This document shows, one piece after another, positions 1 through 9,683 of a DNA stretch of 64,000 nt; within the stretch, counting starts at the first letter, position 1; each line of letters begins with the position of its first letter. The translations under genes and the position numbers were made by a program. The DNA lies in assembly GCA_021775935.1 (NCBI GenBank), contig JAJFGY010000039.1:17340-81339 (forward strand), written 5' to 3'. The notes under the pieces were generated by a model. It searched no databases, was not told the origin of the DNA, and saw only the letters and a program-made list of their open reading frames with translations. Source of the DNA: Alphaproteobacteria bacterium. Lineage in GTDB: Bacteria > Pseudomonadota > Alphaproteobacteria > Parvibaculales > Parvibaculaceae.

Positions 1-72
1 CGTTAATGGCATCAAGCGTCCCCCGTCGCTTCGCTCGCAGCGCGACACAAGATAATCGACACGCACTGGATT

Positions 73-1209
73 ATGACCGAGACAAGCCCCTTTTCTGAGA
101 CTTACGACGCCGCACGGAATCGGTTCGTGGACGCTGCGCGCGCAGCAGGAGGTGAGCTGCAGTCCTATTTGAACCCGAATGCCACAGGCCCCGGTGGGGA
201 GAGCCTCGCGATGGACACTGCCTGGTTTGGCCCAAAAGACGCCAGCGCCGTCCTGATTAATACATGCGGCACTCATGGAGCGGAGGGGTATGCCGGATCA
301 GCAGCCCAGCTCGACTGGCTGACGGACGGTGGGCCACCCTCCCTGCCGCCTGGCGTTGCCGTGCTCCTCATCCACGCCGTCAATCCCTATGGCTTTGCCT
401 GGTGCCTGCGGGGCACAGAGAACAATGTGGACCTCAATCGGAACTGGCTGGATCACGACGCCCCACACCCGGAAAACGCCCTCTATGATCAGGTTCATCC
501 ACTGCTCTGCCCAAAGCGCATCGATGACAAAGCAATCCGGCGGCTCTTATCAGAGGGTGCCCGCCTCATCTCCAAACATGGTCAATGGGCGCTCGAAGAT
601 GCCATCAGCAGAGGGCAGTACAGCCACAGCGATGGCTTCCACTTTGGTGGCACATCTCTGGAATGGTCGACCGAAACGCTTAAAACCATCATCAAGACTG
701 AGTTATCCAGCGCCCGACAGGTGGCCTTTATTGACTGGCACACGGGTCCCGTGGGGGATGGAGACCTAATTTTCCTCTGCTTTTCACCGCCCAAGAGCAT
801 TGGTCGGGCGCAGGCGGAACGGTGGTGGGGCCGTGACGCCTTGAGCTCCTCCCATGTGGATGAGCTCTGGGGATCAAAACGACCGACCCGCCACGGCATC
901 CTCTTCTGGGGCATTGAGCAGGCCGTAAGAACGCACGCGACCTTTGCGGGTGCGGTTGTCGAGTTCCGATCCGCGCGTCCCAAATCCAACGCTGCGGACG
1001 CGCTGCGCATTTCTATGCTGGAGCGCTGGCTGCGTTTTGAAGGTGGATTGGATGCGCCTGAGGCGTCCAAGTATCTGGCGGAGATCCGCGAGGACTACGC
1101 TCCCGATCGCCAGAGCTTCCGGGACAACGTCATCAGGAATGCGCGACAGACCTATGCGCAAACACTGGAGGGATTGGCTACATGGCGCCTGTCGGACGCA
1201 GCGGATTGA
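73..1209 (+). CDS. DUF2817 / M14 zinc-carboxypeptidase-like protein
   Basis: 378 aa ORF with GTHGAEG (HxxE), HAVNPYGFAW, NNVDLNRN and DWHTG motifs typical of DUF2817/M14-like proteins. Confidence 0.8.
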   Translation: MTETSPFSETYDAARNRFVDAARAAGGELQSYLNPNATGPGGESLAMDTAWFGPKDASAVLINTCGTHGAEGYAGSAAQLDWLTDGGPPSLPPGVAVLLIHAVNPYGFAWCLRGTENNVDLNRNWLDHDAPHPENALYDQVHPLLCPKRIDDKAIRRLLSEGARLISKHGQWALEDAISRGQYSHSDGFHFGGTSLEWSTETLKTIIKTELSSARQVAFIDWHTGPVGDGDLIFLCFSPPKSIGRAQAERWWGRDALSSSHVDELWGSKRPTRHGILFWGIEQAVRTHATFAGAVVEFRSARPKSNAADALRISMLERWLRFEGGLDAPEASKYLAEIREDYAPDRQSFRDNVIRNARQTYAQTLEGLATWRLSDAAD

Positions 1210-1355
1210 TGGGGATCGCGGAGGTCCTTGAGAGATTGAATCAAGGGCTTCAGACATTGAGTCAGGACCGTGGTGTTTTTCGTTGGCCCTGTCTGGCTTT
1301 CAGGAAATGAGTCCGGTTTGACGAATAAGCAGTTGAAACCGAATCTCTTTCTGAC

Positions 1356-1364
1356 TTATCCACA
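1356..1364 (+). promoter_or_regulatory. Perfect DnaA box (TTATCCACA) upstream of gph
   Basis: Exact consensus 9-mer, 17 bp after a TTGAAA (1333-1338) and next to four GANTC sites; function not shown. Confidence 0.45.
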
Positions 1365-1406
1365 GTACGCACATCGCGACACCACAAATGAAACGACCCA
1401 CCTCTC

Positions 1407-2087
1407 ATGAGCACTTCCTCGACCGTCCTTTTTGACCTCGACGGCACTCTTGCCGACACGGCGCTCGATCTCTGCCACACGATGAATGTGCTGCTTGAGC
1501 GTCATGGGCGGGCACGCATCCCCGACACCCTCGTTCGGCCCATGGTTGGTGCAGGCGCTCGCAAAATCATGGAACGCGGATTTGAGGCGACAGGCGCGCC
1601 GGTTGAGGAGGCATTCCTCGACCAGGTCTTTGAGGAGTTTCTCGAATATTACGGCAACCACATTGCCGACCATACGGTCCTGTTTCCCGGTGTCCGCGTT
1701 CAACTTGAAGCCCTGACAGCCAGGGGTGTGAGACTGGGGGTCTGCACCAACAAGCCGGAACATCTCACACACCAGCTCCTTCAGACCCTCGCGATTGCTG
1801 ATTTTTTTCCCGTCGTCATCGGAGGAGATACGCTGGCTGTTCGCAAGCCCGACCCTCTTCACCTTACAGAAGCCGTGGCACGGCTCGGCGGCACGCTGGA
1901 GGGCGCTGTGATGGTGGGCGACAGCGCCCCGGACATCAATGCCGCCCGGGCGGCTTCAATCCCCTCAGTCTGCGTTACCTTCGGCTACACCGACATTCCC
2001 GCCGCTGATCTCGGCGCTGATCACCTGATCGATCACTATGATCGCCTTCCAGAAGCGCTTAAATCAGCCAGACCTGACCACTTTTAG
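1407..2087 (+). CDS. gph: Phosphoglycolate phosphatase (HAD superfamily)
   Basis: FDLDGTLADT motif I, CTNKP, RKPDP and MVGDS motifs. Confidence 0.85.
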   Translation: MSTSSTVLFDLDGTLADTALDLCHTMNVLLERHGRARIPDTLVRPMVGAGARKIMERGFEATGAPVEEAFLDQVFEEFLEYYGNHIADHTVLFPGVRVQLEALTARGVRLGVCTNKPEHLTHQLLQTLAIADFFPVVIGGDTLAVRKPDPLHLTEAVARLGGTLEGAVMVGDSAPDINAARAASIPSVCVTFGYTDIPAADLGADHLIDHYDRLPEALKSARPDHF

Positions 2088-3265
2088 GTCTGAGATACGT
2101 TTAAGACATCCTCTCCATCGACAAGACGAATGGCACGGTAGTCACATTTGCCGGTGCCTCTTTGGAAGAGTGAGTTGGCGATCAGCCAGACCTGAACGAC
2201 TTTTGCCGGCAGCTCTCCTCCGATTGCCCTCTCATAATCCTGCTTGATAGACCGCTCTTCGGACAACCAGCAACCCAGTTCATCCTTGGTGCGGATCACC
2301 CAATGTGTTTCGCGCTCATCCCACCATGCCAGCGGGCACTGAAAGATCGTGTCCTTCGGCAAGGCAGCCGACCACATATAGGTCAAATCCAACCCGTTAT
2401 CGAACTCAACTGCGATAGAAAGGTAATCGTGGGTGGGCTCAATATCTTCGGGCAAAGAAGACGGCAATTGATGCGCTAGCCAGTCCCAGTTCAAAGTGAG
2501 CGTATCGGTAAGCGGTCGCTCTGCCGGGATCTGTAAAATCCCAACATCCTCATGGGTTGTGCAATGTATGCAATGACCCTCGCTGCCAGACGCGGCTTGA
2601 TACAATTCTCCGTCACCCAATCGCCAGAGATAGCGCCAGCCCTCGGGGGCAGCGACAGGCTCGAGCGCCTTTCCAGCGGCCCGGCCAAGCATGTCACCCA
2701 GTGGGGAGGAGACGGCCCTCGCCAGCTGCGCCAATCCCTCAGCGGCTTTTCCATTCCATTTGAGGAGAGCCACATCAATTACACCTTGAGGCCCAGACGG
2801 CACCTCACCGCCCAGATACTCCCCTTGTGTGTTCTCCCAGGCTCCGGGACCCACAGCGATCAGGCTTACCTGCCCAGATTTTTGTGCGACAAACGAAGCG
2901 GCATCAGATGTCACCTTAAACACGTCCCCGTCCCCGATCCGGACCCACACTGCGCTGCCAGCTCCCAGTCGAATATCCAACGGCTTCGACATCCAGAACG
3001 CGCCCTGCCCCAGGATGGTGACCTCGTCGCCAGGCGTGACGCTGACACGCGTGTCGATCCACGTCCCGGCTTCTGCATCGAGCGCCTGGTATGCGGCATC
3101 TGCGATCAGGTTTTGCGCGTTCGTCTCCAAGACCGGTGCAAGCTGACTTTTTAGAGATGCATTTGTCGTGATCGCATTGCCGCTGATCAGATATCGCGCC
3201 AGGCGGGGCGCTGCAAATCGCGCCAGTGTCGTCAGAGCGCGCAGTCCACTCGTTTTCTCAGCCAT
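2084..3265 (-). CDS. DUF3047 domain protein with N-terminal beta-sandwich-like region
   Basis: C-terminal HDYLSIAVEFDNGLDLTYMWS ... ERSIKQDYERAIG resembles DUF3047; AGGGAG SD before ATG 3265. Confidence 0.7.
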   Translation of the reverse strand: MAEKTSGLRALTTLARFAAPRLARYLISGNAITTNASLKSQLAPVLETNAQNLIADAAYQALDAEAGTWIDTRVSVTPGDEVTILGQGAFWMSKPLDIRLGAGSAVWVRIGDGDVFKVTSDAASFVAQKSGQVSLIAVGPGAWENTQGEYLGGEVPSGPQGVIDVALLKWNGKAAEGLAQLARAVSSPLGDMLGRAAGKALEPVAAPEGWRYLWRLGDGELYQAASGSEGHCIHCTTHEDVGILQIPAERPLTDTLTLNWDWLAHQLPSSLPEDIEPTHDYLSIAVEFDNGLDLTYMWSAALPKDTIFQCPLAWWDERETHWVIRTKDELGCWLSEERSIKQDYERAIGGELPAKVVQVWLIANSLFQRGTGKCDYRAIRLVDGEDVLNVSQT

Positions 3266-3326
3266 TTTCACTCCCTCAGTTACGCACAGACTACCTGAAA
3301 CACGTCCTGAAGAAAGCCAGGGATGC

Positions 3327-3356
3327 TTGACCTCGCCATAAACTGGCCCTTATAGA
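3327..3356 (+). promoter_or_regulatory. Putative sigma70 promoter of tRNA-Val
   Basis: TTGACC-18 nt-TATAGA ending 15 nt upstream of the tRNA. Confidence 0.5.
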
Positions 3357-3371
3357 GCGCCGATGAAATTA

Positions 3372-3446
3372 GGGCGTGTAGCTCAGCGGGAGAGCATTCC
3401 GTTCACATCGGAAAGGTCGCTGGTTCAATCCCAGCCACGCCCACCA
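3372..3446 (+). tRNA. tRNA-Val (anticodon CAC)
   Basis: GGGCGTG/CACGCCC acceptor stem, D-arm GCTC/GAGC, anticodon stem TTCCG-TTCACAT-CGGAA, GGTTCAATCCC T-loop, encoded CCA. Confidence 0.97.
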
Positions 3447-3628
3447 GCCTCACAGTTATTTTACTACAGCGGATTGTAAAGAGAGAAATAGACCTGAGGG
3501 TCCCGGTCTGACCCGCGGCTCCTGTCTCGGGTCAGCGGCTTACCTACCTCAACTGTTGCATTGAGCTACTGTAGGCCCCTGAGTGATTTTTCAAAACGAC
3601 ATCTGAGACGGCACGCGAAAAGAATGGA

Positions 3629-4360
3629 TCAGTTTCTGAGAAGCGATGGGGGCCGGCTCAGGGCTCGTTCAGGGAATTCAAAATCAACTGACGTTTGAAC
3701 CGGATCGAAGATGCCCTCCAGTGTCGATTTTAGAACACCTTCGGTGTGGCAGACGGTTTCGTTCACCTCTCCGATGGGCTTGCAGTCAATGTTGGCGGCG
3801 TTGATTTCGTAGGAGAAATAGTTTCCCGATCCCACAAACTCGCACGGCGGTCGACCAAAGAACACGTGCTCATATTCTGCGATTTCAAGATCTGGCGGCA
3901 CGTCATTTGACCGTCTTGGCGTGTCCGTCGTGCGGTGCCGGAAATAGACCTTATGGAAGTGCGTATCAAAATAGAGACGCCCCCGTGTATAGAGGCAGAG
4001 CTGGGTCACGGAGGTCTCTGCGGTCGACAAGGTCGGCGGCACAATTGGTGCGTCAAAACTCAGTGAGGCTGTCACCGCCCGCGAGGGAGGAATGAGGTCG
4101 ATGGACCCTTTGAACAAAGACACGGACTTCTGATCCGGCGACAGGAAAGCAACGCTCCCGACATAATCTGTCTTGCCAACATAGGCTGTGCCGTAATTAG
4201 CGATTTCGAAGGACAGCGCATCATTTTGAACTGCAACGCCGAGGAACTTCAGACGCTGCGCCTGCTCCCACTGCAATAGGAAGGCGATCAGTACCATGAC
4301 CGCTAGAAAGATCAGGAAAATCCTACTCAACACTGCCGGAAACAAATCACCAGCCCCCAC
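3629..4360 (-). CDS. Hypothetical membrane-anchored protein
   Basis: 243 aa ORF fills the gap between the tRNA and the CoA transferase; single N-terminal hydrophobic helix; no family recognised. Confidence 0.6.
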   Translation of the reverse strand: MGAGDLFPAVLSRIFLIFLAVMVLIAFLLQWEQAQRLKFLGVAVQNDALSFEIANYGTAYVGKTDYVGSVAFLSPDQKSVSLFKGSIDLIPPSRAVTASLSFDAPIVPPTLSTAETSVTQLCLYTRGRLYFDTHFHKVYFRHRTTDTPRRSNDVPPDLEIAEYEHVFFGRPPCEFVGSGNYFSYEINAANIDCKPIGEVNETVCHTEGVLKSTLEGIFDPVQTSVDFEFPERALSRPPSLLRN

Positions 4361-4452
4361 TACTCAACTCATAACGCGCCCCCTGCGGGCCACATTCCCC
4401 AGACGGATTTTACCACGAGACGCAATCCCGCGCTGAAAATCGTAACTTATGG

Positions 4453-5643
4453 TTAACCGTAATTTGAGGCTGCCCCGACAGAAATCAACTCATCGATTGT
4501 CTGCTGATCATATCCAAGTTCGCCAAGCAATTGCTCTGTATGCTCCCCCAAGTGCGGCGCATGACGCCTTATCTCCCCCTGGGTCCTACTGAACCTCGCT
4601 GCAGGGCGCGGCAGTCTAAACGCTCCCAGATCGTCTTCGCTCTGCTCCTCCACAATCTGGTTCGCCTGTATTTGCGGATGGTCCAACAAAGTCGTGCGGT
4701 CGAGAATGGGAGCGCAAGGGACCTGATTGGCATCCAACACACTCAGCCACTCCGCGCTCGTTTTGTGCTGCAAGACTTCCTGCGTTAACGCCAACCGTTC
4801 CGGCGCGTTTACCACACGACCGCTGGGCGTGTTAAAGCGCTCATCCTCCAGCCATTGCGGTTGATCGAGAGCAGCACACAGTCCTTTCCACTCATCATCA
4901 GACACGGCGCCAACGGTGATGTATCCATCCTTTGTTTTGTAGATGAGATCCTGGGAGAGTTGTGCTCGCGCGGCATGTTTTTCACCTCCTGGAAACGTCA
5001 AGGCCACCAGACCTTCTGCCCACAGAAACGCAATCATCGCATCCAGCATGGAGAGTTTGATGTGCTGCCCCTCACCCCGGCGCTCGCGAGCAAAGAGCGC
5101 AGCGGTGATGGCTTGCGCGGCTGTTACTGCTGTCAGCTTATCTGGAATGATGGTGCGGATCATCCGGGGACGACCGGTATCCCGGTCTGCTTGAATTGCG
5201 GCCAGGCCTGAAAGTGCCTGAATGACAGGGTCATAAACACGTTTCTTCGCATAGGGCCCCGTTTCCCCAAACCCGGAGATAGATACATAAATCAGGTCGG
5301 CGCGTTCCTTGCGGAGATCAGCCTCTCCTATTCCCATACGCTCTGCAGCACCCGGTCTAAAATTCTGCACAACGACATCGGCTGTGGCGACGAGCTTCCG
5401 CAACGCCGTCAAACCTTCATCTGTTTTCAGATCAAGAACAAGCGAGCGCTTGTTTCTGTTTGCCGCAAGGAAGGTTGCTGTCCGGTCGCCTTTGGAAGGG
5501 CCCAACACACGTACCAGGTCGCCTGTTTTCGGCTCGACCTTGATGACATCTGCACCCTGATCGGCCAGCATCATGGTCGCAATGGGCCCTGAAATCATCG
5601 TCGTCAGGTCTACAATCCTCACACCCTCCAAAGCACCTGGCAT
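4453..5643 (-). CDS. Family III CoA transferase (CaiB/BaiF)
   Basis: LEGVRIVDLT, GADVIKVEP, NRNKRSLVLDLK, QNFRPG, YDPVIQALSG, APHLGEHT. Confidence 0.93.
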   Translation of the reverse strand: MPGALEGVRIVDLTTMISGPIATMMLADQGADVIKVEPKTGDLVRVLGPSKGDRTATFLAANRNKRSLVLDLKTDEGLTALRKLVATADVVVQNFRPGAAERMGIGEADLRKERADLIYVSISGFGETGPYAKKRVYDPVIQALSGLAAIQADRDTGRPRMIRTIIPDKLTAVTAAQAITAALFARERRGEGQHIKLSMLDAMIAFLWAEGLVALTFPGGEKHAARAQLSQDLIYKTKDGYITVGAVSDDEWKGLCAALDQPQWLEDERFNTPSGRVVNAPERLALTQEVLQHKTSAEWLSVLDANQVPCAPILDRTTLLDHPQIQANQIVEEQSEDDLGAFRLPRPAARFSRTQGEIRRHAPHLGEHTEQLLGELGYDQQTIDELISVGAASNYG

Positions 5644-5778
5644 TGGCTCACCTTCCTAATTGTTATGAGGACATTCTGAACAATTTTGGGCGGTGCGCCA
5701 ATCACGGTTGCGCCAGAGGTCGGTTTCTGCATTCTTGGCGCCATCAACATTCATGCCAACGACTGCAATGGGACCACA

Positions 5779-6192
5779 ATGACCGATACGGCGAAGACTG
5801 AACCGGGCAAAAACACCCTTATGGAAACCATGGGGCTGGTACGCACCGTCTCCAGTAACCCCGACACCGGCCACACTGTGCTGGAATTCGAGGCCAAGAC
5901 CTCTCAGTGCCATTCGGGCAATATCGTGCAAGGCGGTTTTGTGACAGGGTGGATTGACGCCGCCATGGCACAAGCTTTGATCGCAAAGACGGAAGCTAAA
6001 CTGCTGCCCCTTTCTCTCGACATCAAAATCGCATTTTACGCAGCTGCTCACCCCGGCCTTGTTCATGCAGAAGCCTGGATCGAACGGCTGGGCCGGAAAA
6101 CCGCCTTCGTTGAAGGGCGACTGACCAAACCTGATGGCACTGTCATTGCCAAAGGCATGTCGACAGTCCGCTTGGTCCCCATGCCGAGTTGA
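5779..6192 (+). CDS. PaaI-family (hotdog) thioesterase
   Basis: HSGNIVQGGFVTGWIDAAM motif; start moved to ATG 5779. Confidence 0.85.
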   Translation: MTDTAKTEPGKNTLMETMGLVRTVSSNPDTGHTVLEFEAKTSQCHSGNIVQGGFVTGWIDAAMAQALIAKTEAKLLPLSLDIKIAFYAAAHPGLVHAEAWIERLGRKTAFVEGRLTKPDGTVIAKGMSTVRLVPMPS

Positions 6193-6312
6193 GGTCACAG
6201 CCCCGAAAGGCCTTTTGAGGAGGCGGCAGGTTTTGTGATCGTGTCTCCTTAACAAAAAGGGAGTATAATTCGGCATCACTTCACTCATTGAGTCTGGACC
6301 AACAATACGGCC

Positions 6313-8754
6313 ATGAAAGAAAAAGAACTCAGACTGGCCCTGGTTTGTTATGGCGGCGTTTCGCTCGCGGTCTATATGCATGGCGTCACCAAAGAGTTTC
6401 AAAAACTCATTCGAGCCTCCGCTCTCTATCACCAGGTTGACGATCCGGCAGAGCGCGGTGCCAAAACCTATCTCGACCTGAATGATGATCCGACCCGCGA
6501 GACAGATACCGAGAGTGTCTATTTCGAACTTCTGCAGGAGATTGGTCAGGAACTGGACCTGCGTGTTTTTGTTGATGTCATCGCTGGCGCTTCCGCTGGC
6601 GGCATAAACGGGGTGATGCTCGCCCGGGCGCTGGCCCATGACCTGCCGCTCGATGCACACCGGCACATGTGGCTTGAAAAAGCAGACATTACCGCGCTGA
6701 TGGATCCAGAAACGATTGCGGGTAAGTGGAGCAAGGCATTTCTGCGACCGCTTTTTTGGGACATTAATGAGAGATGGTTGAAGAAAATCGCGCCAGAGTC
6801 CGAAATGCGCGAGAAACTCTCGACCTTCATGCGCTCCAGATGGTTTGAGCCCCCGTTCTCCGGCCGGCTGATGAGCAACATGCTGATGGATGCCTGCCAG
6901 GCCATGGGGGAGCCCTCAACCAAGCGGGCATCGTTGCTCCCTGTAGGACAGGAACTCAATCTCTTCGTCTCCGTTACAGATTTCTATGGATATGAGCAGA
7001 CCATTCCGCTCCACGATCCTCCCATCGTGTCGGAGCGCGAACATCGTCATGTTCTGCGATTTGACTATCTGCAACATTCAGATGGGGATGTGCAGAGCGA
7101 GTTCGGCACAGATCATATTCCAGGTCTCGTCCTGGCGGCGCGGGCAACCTCTTCATTTCCTGGCGCTTTTCCACCCACTCAAATCACAGAAATTGACCGG
7201 GTTCTTACACAGCGCGGCGAGGAATGGCTGACCCGCGACCGCTTCATTGCACGCAAATTCAAATCAATGATCGACATTGGGCACAATCCGCTCACCAGCT
7301 CCTTCATCGACGGCAGTGTGCTCAACAATAAGCCGTTCGCAGAAGCCGTCTCCGTTCTTGCCGACCGTCCGGCATATCGAGAGGTTGACCGGAGGGTGAT
7401 CTATATTGATCCCGACCCTGAGAGCGGGAAGATCGAGCGCGCCGGCGCTTTGCCGGGGTTTTTCCAAACGCTGCGGGCATCGCTTTCTGACATTCCCCGC
7501 AACGAGCCTGTGCGCGATGAGCTTGCTGAAATCAATGACATCAGCCAACAGGTTCACCTTTACCAGGAAGTGCTCAAAGCCACACGCCCTCACATCCAGA
7601 ATACGATCAACACGATCTTGCCCGATGGTGTGCCACTGCACCCCACGCCCCATCAGTTGGCGCAACTTCGCGAGACCGCCAATTCTCATGCAGCGCGCGA
7701 TGCGGGCTATGCCTATGACGGATATGTTCAGACAAAGGTCCTGTCCGTCTTGAGTTGGATTTCGGAGATGCTGGGCGACCTGGCCCCACAGGTCACACAA
7801 CCAAGTGATCGGCTTGCTCTTTCAAGGTCAGTTGAACAATGGGCACGGTCGGAGGGTATTTTTCCTGTAGAGTTTTCAACAGACGATCGAACGGATGAGT
7901 TTACGCCGAGCACGGCGCGATGGGTTACCTTCCTGCGTCGGTTCGATGTGAATTTTCGCCAGCGCCGTCTGCGGTTCGTTATTCGACGCCTCAATGAGCT
8001 GTACGCTGAGTCAGACAAATCAGCGAACCCGATGGACAGCCATGGGTTGGATGAGTTTAAGGGTGTGCTCTACCGGGCGTTGGAAAGGCTACAACGGCGC
8101 GATTCCTGCTCTTTCTTCAAGCCCGAGATCCATGAACAGGCCGGCAAGTTGCTCGCAAACACACGCGGGACAGCAAGCCCGGAGGAGCTCGACCCCCTGC
8201 TTGTCGCAATGCGCACTGCCCTCTCTCTCGTCGACGTTGATACGCTGCTTGATGATGAGTTTTCGATCATGGTGGTGAACTATTTGCCAGAGGCGCAGCG
8301 GGAAGAGCTGATCCTTGCCTATCTCAGCTTTCCCTTTTTCGACGTCCTCACCTTCCCGCTTCTGCGGTGGCAACCGCTTGATGATGTTGACACAGTGCTC
8401 GTTGCCCGCATCAGCCCACAAGATTGCAACGCGCTTGAGTTGCCCGATGCGCCCACAGCATTAAGGGGGCGTGAGCTGGGTCATTTCGGCGCTTTCTTTA
8501 GCAGGCAAGCCCGCGAGCATGACTACATATGGGGCCGACTGCACGCGGCAGAACGGCTCGTTGACTTTGTCGTCGATGCCGCGTCATCAAGTCTGCAGAC
8601 AATTTCGATCAATGAGGAAGCGGTGAAAAGCCGCCTCTTCCGTGCGATCCTAAAGAATGAAGCGGAACATCTCACCAAGAGTGGCGCCCTGATGAGCGAC
8701 CTCGCTGAACGAACGAATGCGCTCCTCGCTGGAGAGAGCACCGATACGCACTAG
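6313..8754 (+). CDS. Patatin-related protein with C-terminal DUF3376-like domain
   Basis: LALVCYGGVSLAVYMHG, GASAGG nucleophile elbow, DGSVLNNKPF, C-terminal FGAFFSRQAREHDYIWGRLH. Confidence 0.9.
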   Translation: MKEKELRLALVCYGGVSLAVYMHGVTKEFQKLIRASALYHQVDDPAERGAKTYLDLNDDPTRETDTESVYFELLQEIGQELDLRVFVDVIAGASAGGINGVMLARALAHDLPLDAHRHMWLEKADITALMDPETIAGKWSKAFLRPLFWDINERWLKKIAPESEMREKLSTFMRSRWFEPPFSGRLMSNMLMDACQAMGEPSTKRASLLPVGQELNLFVSVTDFYGYEQTIPLHDPPIVSEREHRHVLRFDYLQHSDGDVQSEFGTDHIPGLVLAARATSSFPGAFPPTQITEIDRVLTQRGEEWLTRDRFIARKFKSMIDIGHNPLTSSFIDGSVLNNKPFAEAVSVLADRPAYREVDRRVIYIDPDPESGKIERAGALPGFFQTLRASLSDIPRNEPVRDELAEINDISQQVHLYQEVLKATRPHIQNTINTILPDGVPLHPTPHQLAQLRETANSHAARDAGYAYDGYVQTKVLSVLSWISEMLGDLAPQVTQPSDRLALSRSVEQWARSEGIFPVEFSTDDRTDEFTPSTARWVTFLRRFDVNFRQRRLRFVIRRLNELYAESDKSANPMDSHGLDEFKGVLYRALERLQRRDSCSFFKPEIHEQAGKLLANTRGTASPEELDPLLVAMRTALSLVDVDTLLDDEFSIMVVNYLPEAQREELILAYLSFPFFDVLTFPLLRWQPLDDVDTVLVARISPQDCNALELPDAPTALRGRELGHFGAFFSRQAREHDYIWGRLHAAERLVDFVVDAASSSLQTISINEEAVKSRLFRAILKNEAEHLTKSGALMSDLAERTNALLAGESTDTH

Positions 8755-8756
8755 CG

Positions 8757-9683
8757 TCACTTTGCCCTTTTGCTGTTCACTACAATCCACGCCGCCATGT
8801 CTTCCCAGACGGTCTCGCGCTGAAGATCGCGGAGCAGCATGTGCCAGCCATCGCGATAGTCTTTGATGGTCTGATCATTTTCAAAGCGTTTCTTGATGTC
8901 TTCCACAGGGCCGCGGGGGACAATCTCATCTTTGTCTCCGTAGAGAAGGAGTGTCGGTATTTTGACCGCCTCAATGGAGAGGTAGGCGGTGTCCATCAAA
9001 TCGACCAGTCCATAGATGTTTTCAATTCTGGTTTCTTTGATGACGAGGGGGTCACCAGAGAAAGCACGCAACATTTCGATATTATCTGAAGGCCAACGCT
9101 CCAGCCCTTCACCTGTCAGCGTGTAGCTTGGCGCTACATGCGCGGCGATCCAGAGCGAGCCGCGATAGAGCGGGTTCATCACCGACCAGCCCCACACCGC
9201 TGGTGCTGCCAGAATGAGACCGTCTGCCCCCACCCCCTGGTTGGCAGCTGCTGCTAGGGCTACTGCGCCGCCCATGCTTGTCCCCACGACAAAGAGCGGG
9301 ACGCCAGGATGTCGGTCTCGGAGCAGTGCAGTAACAGCTCTGAGGTCGTTCACGAGGGTCTGGGTGCCTGCCCATTTCCCATGTGCGGGCGCTCGGCCAA
9401 AGCCTCTTTGATCATAGGCATAAAAAGTCATGCCCCGGTCTGCAAACCAGGGTCCCGGCAGCTCAAAAGCGCGGGAATAATCGTTGAAGCCGTGGACACC
9501 CAGAATGATCGCTGTTGGTTCTTCTGCAACCCAGACACGAAGCGGCAGGCGCGCAGCATCTTCCATAATGGCATGGGTGGGTGTTAGGGAGGCCTGACGA
9601 ACCGGGGCCCCGACAGTCAAACTTTGCGGCGCACAGGCCGAAAGCAGAAGGAGAGTGAGCAGCCAGAGCCTCATGACCATCAC
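8757..9683 (-). CDS. Alpha/beta hydrolase, lysophospholipase-like lipoprotein
   Basis: Lipobox LLSAC, HGFNDY, DQRGFG, GTSMGG, D and H of the triad (DEIV, GWHMLL). Confidence 0.88.
   Translation of the reverse strand: MMVMRLWLLTLLLLSACAPQSLTVGAPVRQASLTPTHAIMEDAARLPLRVWVAEEPTAIILGVHGFNDYSRAFELPGPWFADRGMTFYAYDQRGFGRAPAHGKWAGTQTLVNDLRAVTALLRDRHPGVPLFVVGTSMGGAVALAAAANQGVGADGLILAAPAVWGWSVMNPLYRGSLWIAAHVAPSYTLTGEGLERWPSDNIEMLRAFSGDPLVIKETRIENIYGLVDLMDTAYLSIEAVKIPTLLLYGDKDEIVPRGPVEDIKKRFENDQTIKDYRDGWHMLLRDLQRETVWEDMAAWIVVNSKRAK

Noticed and set aside
1210-1406. Chromosomal origin of replication
   Set aside because: Only one DnaA box, no clear AT-rich unwinding element, and no hemE/dnaA/parAB context
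5658-5685. Inverted repeat AATTGTT-N14-AACAATT between divergent genes
   Set aside because: Plausible operator but too short to support without comparative data
5656-6666. 336 aa minus-strand ORF across the thioesterase and patatin genes
   Set aside because: Overlaps two well-supported plus-strand genes; no family features
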